From Gemmatimonadales bacterium (GTDB lineage: Bacteria > Gemmatimonadota > Gemmatimonadetes > Gemmatimonadales > GWC2-71-9), in the NCBI GenBank assembly GCA_037189525.1, contig JBBCJC010000006.1, forward strand, positions 1 to 35,902: a stretch of 35,902 bases of DNA, given 5' to 3'. The notes under the pieces are model-generated. The model did no database searches and was not told where the DNA came from. It saw only the letters and a program-made list of their open reading frames with translations. Below are positions 27,997 to 35,902 of this stretch, piece by piece. Position 1 is the first letter of the stretch. Every line of letters begins with the position of its first letter. Both the position numbers and the translations under genes were made by a program.

Positions 27997-29698
27997 CGCG
28001 CTCGTCGCGCGCATAGGGCCCGAGCATCGCGCCGACGAACCCGCCTGCCCGCTCGGTGCTGAGCATGGTGCCGTCGGCATCGCGCAACAACCACTCGACA
28101 TCGCCCTCGCCGACGGCATGCCCGAACGCATAGTGTCCACCCTCGCCCGAGACCACGAGGCGGATGTCGTCGCCCGCTTCAATGGCGTGCGATGCCAGCA
28201 CGGTAGCCGGCGCCTCGCCCGAGCGTTGTTCGACGAACACCTCCACCCCATCCGCGGTGCGGCGCACGCCAAGGAAGTACCAGTGCCCCTGGTTCTGGAA
28301 CGCGGCGATGCCGGCCGCGATGCCTGCATCGGGAATCGCAAGCAAGGTGCTCGCGTCGAAAACGATGTGGCGCTGCCGGCGCGCGAGGAAAGCAGGATTG
28401 CCGCGTGTGTCCAGCCCTTCGGCCAAGGGCGTGATCGCCAGCTTGCCCGGATGCGTGTGCAGGTCAGCCCACTCGGCCTTCGGGATGCGCACGCGCAGCC
28501 ATTCGAAATCGAGGGTGTCGCTATCGAACTCGTCACGCCACCTGACGTTCCCCGTCAGCGGCGATTGCGTAGAGCCGCGCTGCATCCATGACGGCCCCGG
28601 CAACGTGTACGGCAGCGCCTTGCCCGCATCGAGGATCACCGGCCAGCCATCGCGCCACTCGACCGGCAACAGGTAGGTCTCGCGACCGGTGTTGTAGTGG
28701 ATGCGGTCGTAGTTGCGACTCGCCAGGAACACCGCCCACCACGTGCCGTCAGGGCCTTCCACGAGATCGGCATGGCCGGTGTTGGTGATCGGCAGGTCGC
28801 GATCTTCCGGAAGATCGCGCTGGGTCAGGATCGGATTGCGCGCATACGGCGCGTACGGTCCCCAGATCTCGCGGCTGCGCAGCACCACCTGCGAATGCTG
28901 CGGCCCGGTGCCGCCTTCGGCCGCGGACAGGTAGTACCAGCCATCGCGTTTGTACAGGTGCGGGCCTTCGATCCAGATCGGATGGCTCCCCGGATCGGCG
29001 CCACCATCGAGAACGACGCGGTGTGGCCCGACCACCTGCATCCGCCCGAGATCGATCTGCTGCATCCATATCGCGCGATGGCCGTCGTAACGCGGCTCGC
29101 CGCCGGGCGCATCGTTGTGCAGCAGGTAGGCGCGGCCATCGTCGTCGAAGAACAACGACGGATCGATGCCGCCAACCGAAGGCAACCAGTGCGGATCCGA
29201 CCACGGCCCGGCGGGATCGGTCGCCGTCGATATGAAATTGCCGCCAGCCTGCACCGCGGTGGTGGCGACGTAGAACGTGCCGTCACGATGTTCAATGGTC
29301 GGCGCGAAGATGCCTTCGGACACATCGAGCCCATCGAAGTCCAGTTGCGAGGGGCGGTCGATGACGTTGCCGACCTGCGTCCAGTGCACGAGATCCGTGC
29401 TTTCGAACACCGGGATCCCCGGGAAGTAGGCGAACGTGGAATTCACCAGGTAGTAGCGGTCGCCGACGCGCACCACGCTGGGGTCGGGATGGAAGCCGGC
29501 CAGCACCGGATTGCGGTAGTGGCCGGGCGGCAGGTCGTCCTCGAACGCGGCATCCCGTCCGGTGTACTCGAACCAGTCGAACAACACCTGTGGCGACGCA
29601 TGCGGGTCGGCCACCTTCGCTCCACCGCAGGCGGACACCACCGTCAATAGCAATGCCGCCAAGGCCAGCCGCGACCACGCACTTGCATCTCCGATCAT
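27962..29698 (-). CDS. GH43 beta-xylosidase/arabinofuranosidase with C-terminal beta-sandwich, probable lipoprotein
   Basis: NPVLAGFHPDPSV, GIFAPTI, GIDPSLFFDDDG, WIEGPH, TGHADLV, TGRETYL; lipobox VSA-C; SD GGGAGGAG. Confidence 0.93.
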   Translation of the reverse strand: MIGDASAWSRLALAALLLTVVSACGGAKVADPHASPQVLFDWFEYTGRDAAFEDDLPPGHYRNPVLAGFHPDPSVVRVGDRYYLVNSTFAYFPGIPVFESTDLVHWTQVGNVIDRPSQLDFDGLDVSEGIFAPTIEHRDGTFYVATTAVQAGGNFISTATDPAGPWSDPHWLPSVGGIDPSLFFDDDGRAYLLHNDAPGGEPRYDGHRAIWMQQIDLGRMQVVGPHRVVLDGGADPGSHPIWIEGPHLYKRDGWYYLSAAEGGTGPQHSQVVLRSREIWGPYAPYARNPILTQRDLPEDRDLPITNTGHADLVEGPDGTWWAVFLASRNYDRIHYNTGRETYLLPVEWRDGWPVILDAGKALPYTLPGPSWMQRGSTQSPLTGNVRWRDEFDSDTLDFEWLRVRIPKAEWADLHTHPGKLAITPLAEGLDTRGNPAFLARRQRHIVFDASTLLAIPDAGIAAGIAAFQNQGHWYFLGVRRTADGVEVFVEQRSGEAPATVLASHAIEAGDDIRLVVSGEGGHYAFGHAVGEGDVEWLLRDADGTMLSTERAGGFVGAMLGPYARDERVSPPRRPVPSP

Positions 29699-29794
29699 GC
29701 CCTCCTCCCGTCACATACATTCCCCACGCACGATCGTGCAAGCGCACCATCGGCAGCCTTGCCTGCCACCACGTTCCGGATGGCAGGCTCGCAT

Positions 29795-31783
29795 TCATCG
29801 CAAAGGGATCGGCAACTCGAACGGCCCGGCCGGCAAGCCGGTTTCATCGAACAAGGTCACGACCGGGCCATCCGCCCACCCATGGCGCACGCGTAGCGCA
29901 TGCGCAACGGGCGCGCGCAGCACCACGTCGTGGCCACGGATCTCCGCCATCGCGTAGCGGCAACTACCGGCATCCGCCGCGCACAATTCGAATCCAAGAG
30001 GCGCCCGTCCACCCAGCGCCACCAAGCGCCCACCCACGCCACCGAAGCGAACGACGACCGCATCGCCCTCGCGCGTGGCCGACACCGGCACCGGCCCGGA
30101 AGGCGATTCGTGCCCGCCGTAGGCGATGTGGCGTGCTGCACGTGCAAGGCGTCGAGCGAGTTCCTGCTTGTTCGGCGGATGAATGTCGTAGCGATCGCCG
30201 ATGTCGATGGCAACGGACAACGCACTCGCGTCATCGTCCATCGCCACTTGCCGCTGCGCTTCGCGCAACGTGGCCCAGCCACTCTCCACAGGCTGCGACG
30301 CCGGCATGCCGAAATCCGCCAACTGCACGACGATGAAGGCCAGCGCCGGATCGAAGCGTTCACGCCAATCATCACGCAGTGCGCGCAGCAGGGTCGCGTA
30401 TCGATCAGCCTCGAACGTATTCGACTCGCCCTGGTACCAGAGCGCTCCGCGCAATGCATAGCGGCCAAGTGGCGTAATCATGCCGTTATGCAAGGTGGTC
30501 AATCCAGCCGCGCTCTGCCACGGCGCACGTGGCGGTGAAGGTTCGTTCGCCGCCACGCGATAGCGCCATCCGGTGTCGAGCGGCATGCGCGTGCCGTCGG
30601 CGAAGCGGATGGCATGTGCATCGGCCGGCCCGGACAGACCACCTTCGCGCCAGGTGTCTAGCACGTTCACGACCACGACGTTCTCGCCCTCGACCAGCAA
30701 ACCTCGCGGCAATCGGTACTCGCGCGCATCGCCTGCTCCGTACGTGCTGCCGACGGCAATGCCGTTGACCCAGGTGACATCCATTTCGTCGGCAGGGCCC
30801 AGTTCGAGCACGGCATCGTACGCGACCTGACCTGCGCCCAGCACGATGGCGGTGCGGTACCATACCATGCCGTCGTAGGCGGCCAGTTCCGGCACGCCCC
30901 AGCGTTCCCATGCGCCGAGATCGCGTGGCGCATCACGCCAGCCGCGTGTCGCATCAGCGACATGTCCCGGTTGCCAGGGTTCGTCGTCTGCGACTGCATC
31001 CGGCCGCATGTTCCACCAGTTCGCCCAGGCCGTGCCCCAGCGCGCAGCCGCGGCGACCGGATCTTCCGAGTACAGGGCGAGCACGTCGAGCGCATCGTCT
31101 TCGCCGCCGACCGCGCGCATTGCATCCGCGCTCGCCCAGGCCTGGATGCGCGACCCGCCCCATGCCGCCAACACCAGCCCCATCGGCACGTTGATCGTCT
31201 TCTGCAACTCACGCGCGAAGTAGTAACAGGCCGCGGAAAAATCGCGCACGGAATCCGGCGACACCGCGCGCCATTCCACCGGTTCGGCGAATGCGTCGAG
31301 AGGCATTGCGCTCGCCACCTGCGGCACGGTCAGCAGGCGGATGCTGTCGTTGCCGGCGGCGGCGATCTCGGCACGCGCATCCAGCGTCCGCCACACCGGC
31401 AGTTCCATGTTCGACTGTCCGGCGCACAGCCAGACATCGCCGACCAGCACGTCCTCGACCTGCTGCACGCGGCCAGCGGCTTCGACGCGCAACACGTGTG
31501 GCCCGCCCATGCCACGGCCTGGCAACAGCGCCTCCCAGCGTCCCTCGCCATCGGCCTGCCCACTCGCCTTTACACCCGCCAGTTCGATGCGCACCTGCTC
31601 GCCAGTTGCCGCACGGCCCCAGATGCGGATCGGCTGGTCACGCTGCAACACCATGCGATCCTGGAACAACGGATGCAGCAGGGGCGTCGCATCCTCCGAT
31701 GCCTGCACCGCCATTGCAGACAACGACAATGCGAAGGCGATGCACCATGCCCGTGTCGCGCGCATTCCTGCGCAACGGGTCAT
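29795..31783 (-). CDS. Sialate O-acetylesterase (SASA/SGNH)-family protein, probable acetylxylan esterase
   Basis: MVLQRD, GDVWLCAGQSNME, WGGSRIQAW, WYQGESN, DIHPPNK; ATGA overlap with the aguA stop. Confidence 0.9.
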   Translation of the reverse strand: MTRCAGMRATRAWCIAFALSLSAMAVQASEDATPLLHPLFQDRMVLQRDQPIRIWGRAATGEQVRIELAGVKASGQADGEGRWEALLPGRGMGGPHVLRVEAAGRVQQVEDVLVGDVWLCAGQSNMELPVWRTLDARAEIAAAGNDSIRLLTVPQVASAMPLDAFAEPVEWRAVSPDSVRDFSAACYYFARELQKTINVPMGLVLAAWGGSRIQAWASADAMRAVGGEDDALDVLALYSEDPVAAAARWGTAWANWWNMRPDAVADDEPWQPGHVADATRGWRDAPRDLGAWERWGVPELAAYDGMVWYRTAIVLGAGQVAYDAVLELGPADEMDVTWVNGIAVGSTYGAGDAREYRLPRGLLVEGENVVVVNVLDTWREGGLSGPADAHAIRFADGTRMPLDTGWRYRVAANEPSPPRAPWQSAAGLTTLHNGMITPLGRYALRGALWYQGESNTFEADRYATLLRALRDDWRERFDPALAFIVVQLADFGMPASQPVESGWATLREAQRQVAMDDDASALSVAIDIGDRYDIHPPNKQELARRLARAARHIAYGGHESPSGPVPVSATREGDAVVVRFGGVGGRLVALGGRAPLGFELCAADAGSCRYAMAEIRGHDVVLRAPVAHALRVRHGWADGPVVTLFDETGLPAGPFELPIPLR

Positions 31784-34029
31784 TGCGTATCCCCCGGCGC
31801 ATGCGGGAATTCGAGCGACCGGTAATACTCAAGCGCGTGCGCGGGCGACGCATGGCCCGCCGGCAACGGCAGACCGGAAATGGACTGGAAGTAGGCGATG
31901 CTGGCATCGCGCCACCATCGTGCTTCCTGCTGCTGGATGCCAAGGAAGGCGGCGACCTGGCGATGGCGCTCGACATCGATGTACGGTGCCAGCGTGTCCC
32001 ATGTCGCGCGCATGCCGACCACCGTCTCCACGCCGCGGTCATAGCGATGCACCAGTTCGTCCCACAGCGTGCGTCCAGACGACACGCGATGCATCCAGGG
32101 GACGTGGTGGAACCAGAGCAGGAATGCCTCCGGCACCCGATCGATGTCGTCGAATGTGTCGGCCACCGACTGCGCGTACTGCGACACCGCATCGCTGCCG
32201 CGCGTCGTGCGGTCGAAACCAATGCCCTCCCGCGTGGCCCGGTGGTAATACACCGACGTCCAGTCCGCGCGCGGGCCGCCTTCGACCCACGGCCCGGGGC
32301 CGTAGTGATGGCCGCGTCCCATCAGGTGGTGCAAGCCGAGCGCGCCGGTGTAATCCACCACTGCCTCACGCGAGGCCATCATCATCCCGACCACGGGCTC
32401 GACGAACGCAGGATCGTTGGAGAACGTCATCCGCACCCAGTCTTCGGCGATGTCACGCGAAGAGGCCTCGGGATCCCACGCCAATCGTCCGTAGGCAAAC
32501 CAGTTGGCCTGGTCGAAGTGCGAGCCGCTCCAGTTTCGGTCGCTGCCAATGTTGGCGACCCCGGCGATGCCGCTCAGTGCATGGCCATGCAGCGATCCGT
32601 CGACCACCTTCGCCACCGTCGAGCCCGCGCCCACCGCATGCGTATCGGCACGCAGCACTTCCTCGTACAGCGGCCCGAGGTAGGCCATGTGCGTGGAGAA
32701 CCCGAGGTACTCCTTGGTGATCTGGAATTCCATCACCAGCGGGGTGGCGGGCATCGCGCCGAACAGCGGATGGAACGGCTCGCGCGGCTGGAAGTCGATG
32801 GCGCCGTTCTTCACCTGCACCAGCACGTTGTCGCGGAAGCGACCGTCGAGCGGGACGAATTCATTGTACGCCTGCTTGTGGCGGTCGTCCGGTTCCTCGT
32901 CGGAGTACACGAAGGCACGCCACATCACTACGCCGCCGTGCGACGCGAGGGCATCGGCCAGCATGTTCGCGCCCTCGGCATGCGAGCGGCCGTAATCCTG
33001 CGGGCCGGGCTGGCCTTCCGAATTCGCCTTGACCAGGAAGCCGCCGAAGTCGGGGATCGACGTGTAGATCTCGGCCGTCTTGTCGCGCCACCACTGCTGC
33101 ACGCGCGGATCGAGTGGGTCGGCGGTGTCCAGGCCACCGGCCTCCATCGGCGCGCTGAAGCGCGCACTCAGGTAGACGCGCATGCCCCATGGCCGCAACA
33201 CGCCGGCCAGCGCCGCCACCTTCTCCAGGTACATCGGCGTGAGGATCTGCGCATTCGCATTGACGTTGTTGAGTACCGCGCCGTTGATGCCGATGGAGGC
33301 ATTGGCACGCGCGTAATCGGTGTAGCGCGGGTCGAGCCAGCCCGGCAGGCGATGCCAGTCCCATATCGACTGTCCGGCATAGCCGCGCTCGACATAGCGG
33401 TTCAGGTCATCCCAATGGTTGAGCACCCGCAACTTCACCTTCGGTACTTCGCGGATGTCCAACGCCGCCAACGGTTTCCCGGTCTGCAGCAGCCTCAGGA
33501 AATGGAAGGTGCCATAGAGCACGCCGGCATCGGCATCGCCCACGATCGCAACCACCGGGTAACCATTGACCACGACGTTGCGGATCGCATAGCCCTCGCT
33601 GCCCAGCCCGGCCGTATCGATGCCGAGCCTGCGCACCAGCGCCGACGAAGCCGGCGTGCCGATGACGATGGCACCGGCCTGCGTGACGTCATCCGATGTG
33701 GCAGGCACCTGCCCCGACAACCCCGACAAGCCACGCACGAGTTCGGCGCGCGCCGATGACAGCACCGGGCTTCCACCCTGCGCGACCACTTGCGATCCCA
33801 CCGCCGCATGCCGCGTGGCCGCGTCCGCCGGCAACGGTGGGTAGCGCAGCCAGAGTTCGTAACCATCCTCGGCTTGTGCCGACGCACCCAACCCCATCCA
33901 CGCCACCACCGACAGCAAGGCGATCCACGGCCATCGTGACGGCCGTGGGCCAAGCCTCGTTGCATCGATGCCCAACCGCGCCGGCTTCTGGCGTACCCTC
34001 TCATCCGCCGCCATCGCTGCCGTTACCAT
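31780..34029 (-). CDS. aguA: GH67 alpha-glucuronidase
   Basis: EDGYELWLRY, LNHWDD, VERGYAG, YARANASIGING, KANSEGQPGP, KNGAIDFQPREP, EFQITKEYLG. ATG 34029 follows GAGGAG; start uncertain. Confidence 0.95.
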   Translation of the reverse strand: MVTAAMAADERVRQKPARLGIDATRLGPRPSRWPWIALLSVVAWMGLGASAQAEDGYELWLRYPPLPADAATRHAAVGSQVVAQGGSPVLSSARAELVRGLSGLSGQVPATSDDVTQAGAIVIGTPASSALVRRLGIDTAGLGSEGYAIRNVVVNGYPVVAIVGDADAGVLYGTFHFLRLLQTGKPLAALDIREVPKVKLRVLNHWDDLNRYVERGYAGQSIWDWHRLPGWLDPRYTDYARANASIGINGAVLNNVNANAQILTPMYLEKVAALAGVLRPWGMRVYLSARFSAPMEAGGLDTADPLDPRVQQWWRDKTAEIYTSIPDFGGFLVKANSEGQPGPQDYGRSHAEGANMLADALASHGGVVMWRAFVYSDEEPDDRHKQAYNEFVPLDGRFRDNVLVQVKNGAIDFQPREPFHPLFGAMPATPLVMEFQITKEYLGFSTHMAYLGPLYEEVLRADTHAVGAGSTVAKVVDGSLHGHALSGIAGVANIGSDRNWSGSHFDQANWFAYGRLAWDPEASSRDIAEDWVRMTFSNDPAFVEPVVGMMMASREAVVDYTGALGLHHLMGRGHHYGPGPWVEGGPRADWTSVYYHRATREGIGFDRTTRGSDAVSQYAQSVADTFDDIDRVPEAFLLWFHHVPWMHRVSSGRTLWDELVHRYDRGVETVVGMRATWDTLAPYIDVERHRQVAAFLGIQQQEARWWRDASIAYFQSISGLPLPAGHASPAHALEYYRSLEFPHAPGDTQ

Positions 34030-34130
34030 TCCCGATCTCCTCGCGCAGGGCCGGGGATCGGCCTCGACGGACGAGGCCGGGATCGCCGGCGACGGCGATC
34101 GTCGCGGCAAGCCGCCAAGGGAATCGTTTC

Positions 34131-35192
34131 GTGGAAAAACCCAGGAAATCCGTGCGTCGAAAGGGCCATGCGGTCACCATCGCCGAAGTCGCCGCGCTCG
34201 CGAAGGTTTCGCCGATGACGGTCTCGCGCGTCGTCAACGCACAGGGCAAGGTGCGCGACGACACCCGCGAACGCGTCATGCGTGCGATCCGGCAACTCGA
34301 CTACACACCCAACCTGGCCGCCAGCTCGCTCGCGGCCGCGCAGCACACCCGCATTGCGTTGATCTACACCGACCCGAGCGGCGCCTACCTCCGCGAATTG
34401 CTGGTCGGCCTGCTGCGCGTCGCTTCGCGCACCGCGATCCAGCTGGTGATCGACTACTGGGACGATCTTTCCGTCGAGGCCGAGCGCAAGGCGGCGCGTG
34501 CGCTTTCGCGCAAGGTCGACGGCGTGATCCTGCCGCCGCCGTTGTGCGAGTCGCGCACGGCGGTGAACGAATTCGTCCGCGCCGGCATCCCGGTCGTGGC
34601 CATCGCATCGGGGCGTTTCAGCAACGACATTTCCTGCGTGCGGATCGACGACTTCCGCGCCGGCAAGGAACTGACAGAACACCTCATCGAACAGGGCCAC
34701 CATCGCATCGGCTTCATCCGCGGCCGCCCCGACCTGAGCGGAAGCGCACGCCGCTACGATGGCTTCCTCGCCGCATTGCACGAAGCCGGCCTCGAGACCG
34801 ACGCCGCGCTGGTACAGCAGGGCGACTACACCTACCGCTCCGGATTGAAGGCGGCCGAGAAGATCCTCTCCAACCGCAAGCCGCCGAGCGCGATCTTCGC
34901 CAGCAACGACGACATGGCCGCCGCCGCGATTTCGGTCGCGCACCGGCGCGGGCTCGACGTGCCGCGCGATCTCTCCGTGGTGGGCTTCGACGACACCTCC
35001 GCATCGACCATGGTCTGGCCGGAAGTGACCACGATCCACCAACCGATCGCGTCGATGGCCAATGCCGCCATCGAAGTGCTCCTGCGCAGCATCCGCCGCA
35101 AGGACGCCAGCACGCGCGTGCTGGTCGACCAAGTGGTGCCTCATCGGCTGGTCGAACGCGATTCGGTGTCGTCCCCGCCCAAGCGCCGCTGA
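34131..35192 (+). CDS. xylR: LacI-family transcriptional regulator (XylR)
   Basis: GTG 34131 after AAGGGA; HTH TIAEVAALAKVSPMTVSRVVN, YTPNLAASSL, AIFASNDDMA, LSVVGFDD; lies between aguA and xylA as in the Xanthomonas xylR locus. Confidence 0.92.
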   Translation: MEKPRKSVRRKGHAVTIAEVAALAKVSPMTVSRVVNAQGKVRDDTRERVMRAIRQLDYTPNLAASSLAAAQHTRIALIYTDPSGAYLRELLVGLLRVASRTAIQLVIDYWDDLSVEAERKAARALSRKVDGVILPPPLCESRTAVNEFVRAGIPVVAIASGRFSNDISCVRIDDFRAGKELTEHLIEQGHHRIGFIRGRPDLSGSARRYDGFLAALHEAGLETDAALVQQGDYTYRSGLKAAEKILSNRKPPSAIFASNDDMAAAAISVAHRRGLDVPRDLSVVGFDDTSASTMVWPEVTTIHQPIASMANAAIEVLLRSIRRKDASTRVLVDQVVPHRLVERDSVSSPPKRR

Positions 35193-35197
35193 TCCAG

Positions 35198-35228
35198 CGA
35201 ACCGCGCGCATCGCCCGCGGTTCGTTTT
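35198..35228 (+). terminator. Intrinsic terminator after xylR
   Basis: CGAACCGCG (35198-35206) pairs with CGCGGTTCG (35216-35224), followed by TTTT. Confidence 0.65.
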
Positions 35229-35271
35229 CCTCGCCCAGCCATGGCGCATGCCGAGGTCCACTCGCCTTCGC

Positions 35272-35902
35272 TCAACGCAGCAGGAATTGGTTGATCAGGT
35301 TTTCGTACTGTTCCTGTCGTCCGGAGGTCTGCCTGGGTTCGCCCTGCGTCGTGGCGATGGCATGCAATCCGGCCAGGTCGACCTTGCCGTCCTCGAACGC
35401 CTTGCCATCCCCGCCATCGAAGCTGGCGTAGCGATCCTGGCGCCACTGTTCCCACGGCGACTTGGTCAGCAACGCATGGGCGACCTCGAGTCCCTTGGCG
35501 AACGCATCCATGCCACCGATGTGCGCCAGGAACAGGTCCTGCGGATCGGTCGACTCGCGCCGCACCTTGGCATCGAAGTTGAGCCCACCGGGCTGCAGCC
35601 CGCCCTGCCGCAGCACGACGAGCATCGCGCCGACGGTGTCGTACAGGTCGGTCGGGAACTGGTCGGTATCCCAGCCGTTCTGCGCGTTGCCGCGGTTGGC
35701 GTCGATGCTGCCCAGCAGGCCGGCGTCGCTGGCCACCTGCAGGTCGTGCTCGAAGGTGTGGCCGCTGAGGGTGGCGTGGTTGGCCTCGATGTTGAGCTTG
35801 AAATCCTTGTCGAGGCCGTGTTGCTTGAGGAAGCCGATCACGGTCGCGCTGTCGAAGTCGTACTGGTGCTTGCTCGGCTCCATCGGCTTGGGTTCGATCA
35901 GG
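35272..35902 (-). CDS. xylA: Xylose isomerase (class II), 3' part only; truncated by the window edge
   Basis: [59 protein letters not shown]. Confidence 0.97.
   Translation of the reverse strand, partial: LIEPKPMEPSKHQYDFDSATVIGFLKQHGLDKDFKLNIEANHATLSGHTFEHDLQVASDAGLLGSIDANRGNAQNGWDTDQFPTDLYDTVGAMLVVLRQGGLQPGGLNFDAKVRRESTDPQDLFLAHIGGMDAFAKGLEVAHALLTKSPWEQWRQDRYASFDGGDGKAFEDGKVDLAGLHAIATTQGEPRQTSGRQEQYENLINQFLLR

Noticed and set aside
31291..33759. 822-aa plus-strand ORF
   Set aside because: Antisense shadow of aguA and the esterase gene.
34016..34030. TGGTAACG half-site over the aguA start as a possible xyl-box
   Set aside because: Only one half resembles the operator; not palindromic.
1..35902. 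CRISPR arrays, tRNA/rRNA genes, integrase, intact transposase or protelomerase
   Set aside because: None seen by eye. The only periodic repeats found are the coding repeats in copB.

Overview
GC-rich bacterial chromosome segment, most consistent with Xanthomonadaceae (Luteimonas/Lysobacter/Pseudoxanthomonas-like; inferred from gene content and order). Three blocks. (1) 1-14.5 kb, accessory and mostly lower GC. It opens with a perfect 80-bp palindrome at 1-80 that overlaps the start of an AbiEi/AbiEii (type IV toxin-antitoxin/abortive infection) pair. It continues with a co-oriented minus-strand module (MDR oxidoreductase, LytS/LytTR two-component system, TonB-dependent receptor, VOC protein, beta-lactamase-like serine hydrolase), two unknown exported proteins, a decayed AT-rich stretch and a membrane protein. 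It ends at a degenerate IS3-like left end next to prlC. (2) 14.5-21.9 kb, core-like: prlC and a Cds1-type PLP enzyme, divergent from copL-copA-copB-copG (DUF411). (3) 21.9-35.9 kb, a xylan utilisation cluster: aldose epimerase, two GH43, GPH-family MFS transporter, GH10 xylanase, SMP-30 lactonase, SASA-family acetylesterase, GH67 alpha-glucuronidase, LacI-type XylR and partial xylA, with two perfect palindromic xyl-box-like operators. All calls come from motif recognition by eye; no database searches were run.
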